This document shows positions 20,296-29,338 of a stretch of 64,000 nt of DNA, piece after piece. Numbering within the stretch: position 1 is the stretch's first letter; each line of letters opens with the position of its first letter. This stretch comes from an uncultured delta proteobacterium (lineage in GTDB: Bacteria; Desulfobacterota; Binatia; UBA9968). A program made the position numbers and the translations under genes. The notes beneath the pieces are model-generated. The model was not told where the DNA came from. It searched no databases and saw nothing but the letters and a program-made list of their open reading frames with translations. Location: positions 994,754-1,058,753 of the forward strand of contig CAVUVW010000014.1 of assembly GCA_963745035.1 (NCBI GenBank). Reading direction: 5' to 3'.

Positions 20296-20607
20296 ATGAA
20301 GCTGCGTGACCATCCCTTGATGCGTTACCACAACATGAGAAATTGGCCGCCGGTCTGGATTGAAAAATACAACGACGATAATCGAACGCTAATGGGTGAA
20401 ATCGGAGTATTGACAAGCCTCGGTATTCTCAACATGAAACGGGGCACGCGATGTTATTTGCACATCGCCCACAATGGCAAGCCTTACGTAGGTTCGCTTC
20501 TATTTGATGACGCCGCTTTCTGTGCACACATAGCTAATTTCCTACGGACACGTATCGGCACTCCAATCGCGGACATCGGCGACTTAGATTTGTCGGATAC
20601 GCTGTAA
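20296..20607 (+). CDS. Unknown ~100-aa family, paralog 6
   Basis: MKLRDHPLM..WPPVW..GEIGVL..CYL..YVGSLLFDDAAFC..DIGDLDLSDTL. Confidence 0.85.
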   Translation: MKLRDHPLMRYHNMRNWPPVWIEKYNDDNRTLMGEIGVLTSLGILNMKRGTRCYLHIAHNGKPYVGSLLFDDAAFCAHIANFLRTRIGTPIADIGDLDLSDTL

Positions 20608-21456
20608 TAATTGCGGGCCCAATTTTTTAGGCTCCATCCCGTCCCTAAGCGGCTCATTTTTTAGTTCACGTTGTCCACGCGTCATGGCTCTTGGGGGGGA
20701 CACAGTGAGGGCGGTCCAACACCTTGGCGGGTGTACTCGAAAACAATGTCGATGTGTTTCACGACGATGCTCCCTGCGCTTTTGTGGCTTTTACGCCGCT
20801 TGAAGTTGACGTTGGCAACTTTTGCAATTCCCCCTCAGCTATGAAAGGAGCAATCGTGTACCTCGACAAAGAATGAATCTGGGTCATCCCGAACCCGCGC
20901 GGCTTTTATGCAGTTCGGGTTTTGACAGAAGATACCCGGGCCCGGGCAGTCGTCATGCTCGAAGGGTTTGTCGGGATGCTCCTGGCGAGATCACGCCGCG
21001 ATTCAGGGACACTCGGAGTCTTGCCAGTTGGTTTGGACTTCGCTTTCCGTTCGGATTTTGTTTTCAGTCTTGTGGATTTTCTTGCCATAGTAACAGTTCT
21101 CGGCCACTGATTTGAGACGCCTCGAGAAAGCCCGTGAGCTGGCGGTGACGTAGCGTGCCGCAAAGCTCATTTTCGTGGATTAACTGGAGACAGTGCGGCT
21201 TTGATCGTCGGAATAGAGTATGCAACGAGAGCTGACGAAGCTTCTCTTGGGTGAATGTTATTTTTTCAAGCATTAAGTCATTGGTAGGTAAGATCGAAAC
21301 TCTTGCGTCCTCCGGCGTCCAAGAAAGACGAAATGCACCAACTGCATTCCGGTCTAGGTGTTCGCCACGGTACGCAGTAATTGAGGAAGCTTGTTGCCTG
21401 GGTATAGGATGATGACGCGCTGTGCCTACGTTTACTGGCCTTATGGTCCAGACGAA

Positions 21457-21711
21457 TTATATCGGACCGGCTGAAACACAAAGAGCAGTTTGCCTTGTCC
21501 TGCCGAGCGCCTGCGGCACGACAATCGGTAGTGAGCGCCAGTCAGAAATCCACTTTTCTGCATTTGCCAGCGAATCGCTCCAGACGATATAGTATTGGCC
21601 GTGTTTCTCAAGTTCGAAAACACGAACATCGGCGACTTTCTGACCGATAACTCTTAGTGAGCTGGCGTGTACCATAAATGCCTTCACAATGAGGCGGACT
21701 ACTGTTAGCAA
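21457..21711 (-). CDS. Small hypothetical protein
   Basis: Plausible globular composition only; no motif recognised. Confidence 0.4.
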   Translation of the reverse strand: MLTVVRLIVKAFMVHASSLRVIGQKVADVRVFELEKHGQYYIVWSDSLANAEKWISDWRSLPIVVPQALGRTRQTALCVSAGPI

Positions 21712-21953
21712 AGCAGCATACGTGCCACTGGGAAGGCGAAGGCCAGCTAATAAAATCTCTAATTTTTTCCATGTAACCTCTGAAATTTGGGAGTGATAGC
21801 GGGGCGCTGTTTCAAAGGTGAGACAGGCTCGAATCCACTGATGGAGGCGTTAGCGGGCGCAACGCCCAAGGATGCCGCGGCTTAAGCCCGCAGGTGTGTG
21901 TTGCCGTGGTATGTCAGAACGTCAACGGCGCCGATTCCAACGCGAGTTAAACA

Positions 21954-22232
21954 TCATCTCCTTTTCAGAACCTCAATCATTTCTTCTACCGTCTCGATCT
22001 CATCCTTCTTTCTGTAGTAGCAAAGTTCGACCAGTTGCCTCATCTTATTGACAACATTTCGGGCTCCCGTCTTACTGAGAGACTTCTCTTGGTCTTCTTT
22101 CGCTTTATTTTCCTCTCTTCTCAGGCGCTCGACTTCCTCAAGCCAAGCTTGTAGCATTTCTTTGCTCACCGTGTACTCGTCGGCGGCGTCTGGTTCGAGG
22201 ATTTCCCTCATTTGATCAATTGTCTGATGCAC
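21954..22232 (-). CDS. Small charged helical hypothetical protein
   Basis: Strong AGGAGAGGG RBS before GTG; Glu/Lys-rich. Confidence 0.65.
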   Translation of the reverse strand: MHQTIDQMREILEPDAADEYTVSKEMLQAWLEEVERLRREENKAKEDQEKSLSKTGARNVVNKMRQLVELCYYRKKDEIETVEEMIEVLKRR

Positions 22233-22395
22233 GTGGTCCCTCTCCTTTCATTTGGCTGCTCCTCATGTCAGGAAGATGATACTCCAGCCGGTCTTGAATT
22301 TCCCGAGCCGGACCCTTTCGAGCCCGGCCCGCTGAGTTAAGCTCTCTGGCTGATTTACGCTGCGCCGCCCTAACAGTTAATTTTAAAGATTAAAC

Positions 22396-22567
22396 ATGAT
22401 CACGAAAGAACTCTCCCCTTCGCCCCGGGTCAAGCCCGGCCTTCATCGAGCCGATACAAGTCTTGCCCGTGCGCGAGCTGCCGGACGGTGGCCAATGGAC
22501 CTACGAGGCGAAGCTCGACGGCTATCGATGTCTCGCCGCCAAACAGGCAATTCTAACTTTTGCCTGA
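22396..22567 (+). pseudogene. ATP-dependent DNA ligase (LigC/LigD-type) N-terminal stub
   Basis: Frame from 22442: FIEPIQVLPVRELPDGGQWTYEAKLDGYRCLAAK, with the ExKxDGYR adenylation motif, then a stop. Confidence 0.8.
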
Positions 22568-22726
22568 TCGAGGTCGGCGTATCAGTTTGACAGCGTCGCG
22601 ATCTAAGAACCCGAGGAATGCAAATATGATTACGATTGTGACCACAATGACCGTCTTATTGTCGAACCACCCTGTAAACTCACCTACCGCGAGGGCGCCA
22701 AGAAACAACCACACAACGTGGACCAT
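22553..22726 (-). CDS. 57-aa two-TM membrane protein
   Basis: Below the ORF-track cutoff: MVHVVWLFLGALAV...VIVVTIVIIFAFLGFL...RRPRSGKS; AGGGGA RBS. Confidence 0.5.
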   Translation of the reverse strand: MVHVVWLFLGALAVGEFTGWFDNKTVIVVTIVIIFAFLGFLDRDAVKLIRRPRSGKS

Positions 22727-22745
22727 TCAGTCAATCCCCTGTGCT

Positions 22746-23000
22746 TCAAGCTTTGTCGGTCGGCGAGGGGCTCGCCGTGTTAGCGACAAAGATGGCGACG
22801 TTCAATGCCTCCACAACTTCTTCCTCTGAGTTCTGCAAGAGTACCTCTTCGCCCGTTATTAGTTTTACCAAGGTCCCTTGAACTCCGGTTATTCTGCCTT
22901 TCATAACGTGTTCGATGCTTGATGGCTCGATCATTTTACTGTCGAATGTCTTGAACTGCATTGCGCCTCCGGGGAATTTTTGAACATTGTACTTTGTCAC
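22746..23000 (-). CDS. Small hypothetical protein (FlbD-like pattern; start probably ATG ~22961)
   Basis: IEPSSIEHV..TLVKLITGE...SEEEV pattern; GGAGG before the internal ATG. Confidence 0.5.
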   Translation of the reverse strand: MTKYNVQKFPGGAMQFKTFDSKMIEPSSIEHVMKGRITGVQGTLVKLITGEEVLLQNSEEEVVEALNVAIFVANTASPSPTDKA

Positions 23001-23510
23001 AGATGAAGCGTGAAATAATTTTTTTCTTTGCCGATGAAGCCAACTCGTTGGTAGCAGCGCTTATTTAATCTATCAGCCAATTTTCCAAATCTGTGGGTGG
23101 CTGTTACAGAACTCGCGCTGATGGACCTACGCTCACGCAATGCTACGTTGAGAGATAACGCGCTGTGCTGGTTCCGCTAACGTCAAACACACATTGGCTC
23201 TTTTCGGTGGTGCTGCGATGCGCTCGACCTCGACTCTTCCGCCGTGCGTCGGGCAATCAGCCAGAGGCCATCAGGGAAGCCGAGACCGAAATGGGGTAAT
23301 AGCAGGAGGCCCAACTCCTTCCGTCCGATGCGCCTACGGGCTTTTAAATGCGAAATTTATGAGCCCGAGCGAGGTGAAACCATTTAAACCGGCTTAACTG
23401 TCCGGGTGAGGCTCTCCCCTTAGCTGCGCCGATAATCCCGTTAAAACCGTATTGCAAGACGCCCGACGGGCATTCTCAAAAATAGCCGCCACTATTAGCT
23501 GTGGCGAAAG

Positions 23511-24275
23511 TTATTTACCGCGAAGAATGTCGATTTTCATCTGAATGTACTGATCTCCAGCATCACTGATGCAGGCATCACAGTAGTTATCACCTGGAAA
23601 CTGCTGGTAAGATGTGACTGTTCTCCGGCCGCAGGAATCACATTGATCGCACAAGTATAATGCAGCCTTGCAAGGATGGCAGTGAACCGCAGCATCTGCT
23701 CTAAGGCACAAGACCCGTGAAGCTCCACATCTGGGACAGGCGTCGGAAAGTACGTTCCCTTCTTCCGTAGCACTAAATTGAGCCAACCCTACGGCGTTTT
23801 GCCAATCACTAAGTAGCCGGTTTGCCTGTATGTACAAATCTGGGGATAAGAAGCTCTCCAGCGGCGTATCAAGTTCGATTCGAAGAAAGCATGCGAGGAA
23901 ATTCAGTAGCAAAGGCAGTTGTTTTTTTGCAACTGACTCGTCAAACCTGGGCATGTGATGAACTATTTCGTGACGCCATTGCGTAATGTCTCTAATCAAC
24001 TGAGCCTCTGTAGGCTGGAGCGCCATGCCGAGATTGGCGAGCCGCCTGGGCAACGCTCCAAGCGACACAGTCTGTTCTGTTTGCGGGCTCTTTGTGTCGA
24101 TATTTTTGAGTACTAAAGCTGGATTTGTTCGAGCGAGCCGTTCCTTGAGAACTAACTCGGTTGCCGTCACCGCGTGCACTATGGCGAAACGAAGCTTACC
24201 TTGCGCAAAGTTTCTGAGCGACTCCTCTAGAAATTCGTGGGCGGATTCTAAAAGCGGACTAATGTTATCGCTCAT
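23511..24275 (-). CDS. HEPN-like protein with C-terminal zinc ribbons
   Basis: ELVLKERL and RHEIVH (RxxxxH); CPRC, CHPC, CDSC, CDAC. Confidence 0.6.
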   Translation of the reverse strand: MSDNISPLLESAHEFLEESLRNFAQGKLRFAIVHAVTATELVLKERLARTNPALVLKNIDTKSPQTEQTVSLGALPRRLANLGMALQPTEAQLIRDITQWRHEIVHHMPRFDESVAKKQLPLLLNFLACFLRIELDTPLESFLSPDLYIQANRLLSDWQNAVGLAQFSATEEGNVLSDACPRCGASRVLCLRADAAVHCHPCKAALYLCDQCDSCGRRTVTSYQQFPGDNYCDACISDAGDQYIQMKIDILRGK

Positions 24276-24291
24276 CGACAACTTTCAGGCT

Positions 24292-24826
24292 TCAAGCACA
24301 AACCCAGCGCTGCACAGATTCCGAATAGGCGGAGATGAATTCCAAAGTTGGAAGCGGCTCTCGCGTTTCGATTAGCATCAAAAGGCAAATCGCTAAATCC
24401 GCTATTGCCAGCCGATGAACTCTCAAGGCTAAGTCCGACTTGAGAAGCTTCGAGTTCCTCATCAGATTCGAGTAGATGTTCGATCCCGAACGTAAGTTCG
24501 TGAGCCACGAAATTTCTGTCAGCACGAGCTGCGTGGAAAAGCTTCTTTGCGTCTTCCGGAAAATTTAGGCATTCGACTACAGACTTAATTTCCTGAAAAA
24601 GTCGCCGCTCTGAGATTTTTGAAACCAAAGACTCCAAATCCTCAACCCGGCTCAGTGAGAAACTGCCGTCCGAGCTGCGCCGACGAATGCCCATAAGAAG
24701 CGCGAGCGCCTTACAACTCGCCTCGAAGCGGCTAGCGAGGGTGAGAGCCCGGCCGATCATCGAATAAACTTCATCAGAGAAGTCCGACCGCTCGGGAGGA
24801 CGGCGGATGATTTCGTAAGCTGACAT
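24292..24826 (-). CDS. HEPN-like helical protein (frameshift ~24450)
   Basis: IGRAL...FE, RNFVAH; C-terminus continues in ORF 24292-24525. Confidence 0.55.
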
Positions 24827-24958
24827 TGGAATCAATCTCCAGGATTTGAACAGTGAGTACTGCCCGTGTAAACACGGCGTAAACAAAATTCGCCGGAAAT
24901 CAGCGCCAACACGGTCACTCTGAGCAATGTGAGCAATGTGAGCGGGAACGAGAAAGCG

Positions 24959-24994
24959 AAAAAAAACGGGGAGTTGTGTTAACTCCCCGCCTTT
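24959..24994. terminator. Rho-independent terminator-like hairpin
   Basis: A-tract then CGGGGAGTT-gtgtt-AACTCCCCG. Confidence 0.6.
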
Positions 24995-25066
24995 GTTGAA
25001 CATTCACTTAGCGGCTGGCTCTCGTCCTCATGACGAATGCCCTTTGCTTCGGTTCAAATCTTCCGT

Positions 25067-25867
25067 CTAGTTTTCCGATACGTCGATCAGCACGCCGTCG
25101 GGATCCGAGAGCTGCATCTGGCCGAAGCAGCAGCTCGCCAGCAGTTTTTGCCGGACTTCACGCTCCGGGTTTTTCTCCGGGCGCTCATCGGTGCATGGGT
25201 TGGCGCTGGAGAATTTTTCCATGTCGGCTTTGAATGCGCTCAAGCTTTCCACCTTGAAGCCGATGTGGTCCAACGCCGGACGCTCGATGCCGGAGCCGTA
25301 GAAATCGGCGATCTTCCAGGGCATCACCGCCAGGGTGATTTTTCCGTCGGACAAATAGTGATTGGGGTCGCCGGCCGGCTTTTCGAGCTCGGTCAACTCG
25401 AACACGTCGCGGTAGAACTCGGCGCATAGCTCAGGCTCGACACAGCGCAGACCGAAATGGCCGACGCGGCGCTTGCGGTCTTCGACTTTGTCCGTGTAGA
25501 GGTCGCGGCGGTTTTCCATATTCAACTGTGAGAGATCGAAAACATTGCCCATCGGGTCGTGCATGCTGATGCCGGCGAAGGGGCGGTTGCTCGGGCGCTT
25601 GAGCACTTCGATCTTCGGATATTTTTCCTTGAGCCGGGCGTAGACCACCTCGACGTCCTGCACCTCGAAACCGAAATGGTCGAAGCCCGCCTGCCGGCCG
25701 GGCGCCCGCGGGTTCAGATTCAAGCCGACATAGCCGTCGCTGACGACAACGGCGCCGCCGGCGCGCTTCAAGTCGGAACGTTTCATGCCCAAGACGTCGT
25801 GGTAGAAGTCGCCTTCTTGCTGGGCGTTGCTGGTCACGATCGCCATGTGCCGCATTTGTGCAAACAT
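25067..25867 (-). CDS. Two-domain VOC/glyoxalase family protein
   Basis: RHMAI, FDHFGF, DPMGN; second domain GHFGL, DHIGF, DPDG. Confidence 0.88.
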   Translation of the reverse strand: MFAQMRHMAIVTSNAQQEGDFYHDVLGMKRSDLKRAGGAVVVSDGYVGLNLNPRAPGRQAGFDHFGFEVQDVEVVYARLKEKYPKIEVLKRPSNRPFAGISMHDPMGNVFDLSQLNMENRRDLYTDKVEDRKRRVGHFGLRCVEPELCAEFYRDVFELTELEKPAGDPNHYLSDGKITLAVMPWKIADFYGSGIERPALDHIGFKVESLSAFKADMEKFSSANPCTDERPEKNPEREVRQKLLASCCFGQMQLSDPDGVLIDVSEN

Positions 25868-26061
25868 AGTCGCCTCCGTTGTATGGGCTAGATAAGGTAA
25901 GCTAGTCGAAGACCCGCCGGCTTGTCAATGACTTCCGCGACTGCTCCAGCGGCGATAGAATCAGCGGTCCAAGACGGGCGACGGAAGAAACACCAAAAAA
26001 TTTCTTTGGCTGCCGGGGACGGGAGGCTATAATGCGGTCTTGCGCCGGTAAGGTGAAGCTC

Positions 26062-26667
26062 ATGCCATCCATGGAAAACGCGCCGATCGCGGCGGAAAAA
26101 CCTACAGCACCTCAAGCTGCCCATCACAAGGTAGATTACAGTCGGGTTTTGCGCGCGATCGGACAGGACTTGACCGAGCTGTTTCCCAAAACTCTGGTCA
26201 TCGAAACGGACGGAACGAATTTCACCGCGTGCGGGAAAAGCCATCCGAATCCGTTTCACAGGGTCAGAAAATCCGCTTTCAAGAACATTTGGGAAAAACT
26301 GACCGGTGATGCTCCAGAACCCGATCCGATTGCCTACGACTGCAGCGCCGATGATTTTCAGAGAACCTATACGCCGGCGGATATCGACCGGCTGGATCAG
26401 CTTTTCAGCGCCAACCGAACCGGGCAGGTAGCACGGCCGGATAGCTACAGCCTCGCGGAGCGATTACGGATGATGGGCAGTATCGTCAACTCGCGCAACG
26501 GGCGGCTTCAACGGCTGCGAAAAGACGCCGATAATTTCTTCGCGGATTACTTGGATCAACTCGGCGAGCTGCGGACGGCGAAGCTCACGACGGTGATCTT
26601 GTACCGCAATCAACAAGACTCCGCTGGAGCGGCGCCGAAGGAACTCTGGGAAGGATACGATTTTTGA
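26062..26667 (+). CDS. Hypothetical protein
   Basis: Long ORF with internal repeat (YSRVLRAIG / LAERLRMMG); no family recognised. Confidence 0.7.
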   Translation: MPSMENAPIAAEKPTAPQAAHHKVDYSRVLRAIGQDLTELFPKTLVIETDGTNFTACGKSHPNPFHRVRKSAFKNIWEKLTGDAPEPDPIAYDCSADDFQRTYTPADIDRLDQLFSANRTGQVARPDSYSLAERLRMMGSIVNSRNGRLQRLRKDADNFFADYLDQLGELRTAKLTTVILYRNQQDSAGAAPKELWEGYDF

Positions 26668-26721
26668 CCGGCGATCAATCCGCCTCACCCGTCACGTCCA
26701 ACTGCTCCAGCGACCGCTGAA

Positions 26722-26764
26722 CAAAAAAAGGGAGGCTCGAAGGAAAACTTCGACCCTCCCTTTG
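26722..26764. terminator. Bidirectional terminator
   Basis: AAAAAAAGGGAGG..TCGAAG/CTTCGA..CCTCCCTTT between convergent genes. Confidence 0.75.
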
Positions 26765-26782
26765 TAATTCGGGGAAATCAAC

Positions 26783-28247
26783 TCAGACGTTGACGACGAC
26801 GACCCCTTTGGGCTCGAGGTAGTAGTCCAAGGCTTCGGGGCCGTGCTCGCGGCCGACGCCGCTCGATTTCACGCCGCCGAAAGGGAGCTCGTCGTAGCCG
26901 TAGTGGAGCGAGTTGACCCACACGTTTCCGGCTTGGAGCTTGTCGATGGCCTTATTGGCGTTGAGCAAATTGCGCGTCCAGATCGACGAGCCCAAACCGA
27001 ACTCCGACGCGTTCGCCTTTTCCAGCGCCTCATCGAGCGTTTTGAAAGTATAGACCGGCAGCGCTGGACCGAAGACCTCTTCCTTGGTCATGCGCGCGTC
27101 GTCCGGCACGTTGGTCATCAAGGTCGGCAGGTAGAAGAAACCCTTGTCGAAATCGCCGCCCTTGGGCCGCTCGCCGCCGAACAGCACTTTGGCGCCCCGC
27201 GACTTGGCGTCTTCCACTTGCTCTTCGACTTCCTGGCGCTGGGAACCGATGTGGATCGGGCCCATGCGGGTCTCTTTGTTGATGCCGTTGCCGACGGTTT
27301 TCTTTTTGAGGATCTCCACCAGGCCGCCGACGAAATTATCGGCGATGGATTCCTGCAGGAACAAACGCTTCACGCCGAGGCACATCTGGCCGCAATTGAA
27401 ATATCGCCCCACGTCGGCCATTTTCACGGCCAGATCAAGATTGGCGTCTTCCATGACGATCATGGGATCGCTGCCGCCGAGTTCCAAAGTGACGCGCTTG
27501 ATCTCGCGGCCGGCGACTTCCATGACATGGCGGCCGACCGGCGTCGAGCCGGTGAATGCGATGCGGCGGATGCGCGGGTTGCGCAGCAGCTCTTCGCCGA
27601 CGCTGCCGCCCGGACCGGTGACGATGTTCACCGTGCCTTTGGGAAGGGTCTTCTGCGCCTTGCCTTCGCCGAAGGTCGCCTGGGCGATCAATTCGATGAC
27701 TTTGATGGTGGCAAGGGGAGTGGTGCTGGCCGGTTTGATGATGATCGTGTTGCCGGCGGCGAGCGCCGGGCCGAGCTTGGTGCCCATCAATGTCAGCGGA
27801 AAATTCCACGGCACGATGCCGCCGCACACGCCGATGGGCTGGCGCACGACCATGCCGTAGGCGCCTTTTTGCGGCAGCGGCACATGAGAACCGCGGACTT
27901 TGGAAGCGAGACCCGCATAGAACTCCAGGCCGTGGACGAGATGATGAATCTCCAAGCCGGCTTCGAAAACGCGTCTTGCCTTGCTCCTGGGTGAGTAGCT
28001 GGGCGATCTCGCCGGTATTCTTCTTGATCAGCTCACCGGCATTCATCAAGGCGTTGCCGCGATCCTCCGGCGAAACGTCGGACCAAACTTTGAACGCATC
28101 CTCTGCCGCTTGAATCGCCTGTTGCACGTCTTTGTCGTTGCCTTGCGGCACGGTATCGACCGTGGCGCCCGTGGCGGGATTACGCACTTCAGTGGTGTTT
28201 TTGGTTACGGAATCGACGGACTCGCCGCCGATAAACATCTTGGCCAT
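26783..28247 (-). CDS. Aldehyde dehydrogenase (frameshift ~27975)
   Basis: PWNFP, FTGS, LELGG, GQMC, EEVFGP, PFGG. Confidence 0.92.
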
Positions 28248-28260
28248 TAGTTAAACCTCC

Positions 28261-28371
28261 AGTGATTAGTGATTAGTGAACTAGGGTTAGTGAATTAGTG
28301 AGTTCAGTGAGTTAGTGATCGAAGTTGCGCGCCAGCGACTAACTCACTAGCTCACTAATCACTAACTCACT
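28261..28371. repeat. Inverted heptamer/octamer repeat (TAGTGA / TCACTA)
   Basis: Tandem (T)TAGTGA units followed by their reverse-complement tract. Confidence 0.85.
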
Positions 28372-28373
28372 TC

Positions 28374-29165
28374 TTACCTTCCTTTGAATTGCGCGGTGCG
28401 TTTTTCGAGATAGGCTTTGACGCCTTCCTGGCCGTCTTCGCTCCCGAACGTCTGAGCGAGAAGCTCGCGCTCGAAGGCCAGGCCGTCCGGCAAGGAAAGT
28501 TCGAGGCCGGTTTGAATCGCGCGCTTCACCTTGCCGACCGCCATGCTGCTCTTGTTCGGCACGATAAATTGGCGCGCGTAGTCCATGACCTGATCCATGA
28601 AATTTTCTTTTTCGTAGATGTAGTGAACGAGTCCCATTTCGAGAGCTTCTTCGAAGGCGATCGTCTTGCCGGTGGCGCAAAGCTCCAGGGCGCGCGCCTT
28701 GCCGACCAGGCGCGGCAAGCGCTGGGTGCCGCCCATGCCGGGCATGACGCCCAGATTGATTTCCGCAAGGCCGACGCGGCCGCCTTCCTTCTTGGCGATG
28801 CGGATGTCGCAGGCCATGGCGATCTCCAAGCCGCCGCCGACGGCGTGACCGTTGATCGCGGCGATGATGATCTTCGGCGTGTTTTCCAGGCGCATCAGGA
28901 CTTCGTGCCCGTGCAGCGCGAAGTTGTTTTTGAAACTTAAAGGCTTGCTCGAAAGCATGTTGATGTCGGCGCCGGCGGAGAAAAACTTCTCGACCTTGCC
29001 CGTGAGCACGATGGCATGGACGTTTTCATCGAAGCGCGCTTCCAAAATCGCCGCGTCCAGCTCTTTCAATAGCTCGGTGGTGTAGCTGTTTACCGGCGGG
29101 CGATTGATTTCCAAGACCGCGACGCCGTTATCGACGCGAGATTCAATCATTTTCCCGTCTGCCAT
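28374..29165 (-). CDS. Enoyl-CoA hydratase/isomerase
   Basis: FSAGADI, GGGLE, AEINLG..PGMGGTQRL. Confidence 0.92.
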   Translation of the reverse strand: MADGKMIESRVDNGVAVLEINRPPVNSYTTELLKELDAAILEARFDENVHAIVLTGKVEKFFSAGADINMLSSKPLSFKNNFALHGHEVLMRLENTPKIIIAAINGHAVGGGLEIAMACDIRIAKKEGGRVGLAEINLGVMPGMGGTQRLPRLVGKARALELCATGKTIAFEEALEMGLVHYIYEKENFMDQVMDYARQFIVPNKSSMAVGKVKRAIQTGLELSLPDGLAFERELLAQTFGSEDGQEGVKAYLEKRTAQFKGR

Positions 29166-29338
29166 GATCGTTCCTCCTGCCTGATGAATCAGATCATTTC
29201 AATTAACCGGCATCCCGCGCAAGTCAAGGCCGTGTCGGGAGAAGAATTACTTGCGTAAACGTCGGCCAATCGTTTGGAAACATTGTGGAACTATGGCATG
29301 AGTAAACAAAAAATTTCACTGCGTTTTAAGGAGGCAGC

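Larger units (their letters stand above)
14771..25045. mobile_element. Degenerate genomic island / cryptic phage-like element (no integrase seen)
   Basis: Visibly AT-richer, many small ORFs, terminase-small-like gene, ligase stub; 25-bp imperfect inverted repeat at the ends (20/25). Confidence 0.65.

Noticed and set aside
17541-20607. Paralog array as integron cassettes or a DGR
   Set aside because: Mixed orientation, no attC-like palindromes between copies, no reverse transcriptase and no adenine-specific TR/VR pair.
21845-22380. Isolated GTTAG/CTAAC cores in the island
   Set aside because: No complementary partner or L boxes found.
28261-28371. CRISPR array (also 35294 and 45712)
   Set aside because: Units are 7-9 bp without unique spacers; no cas genes.
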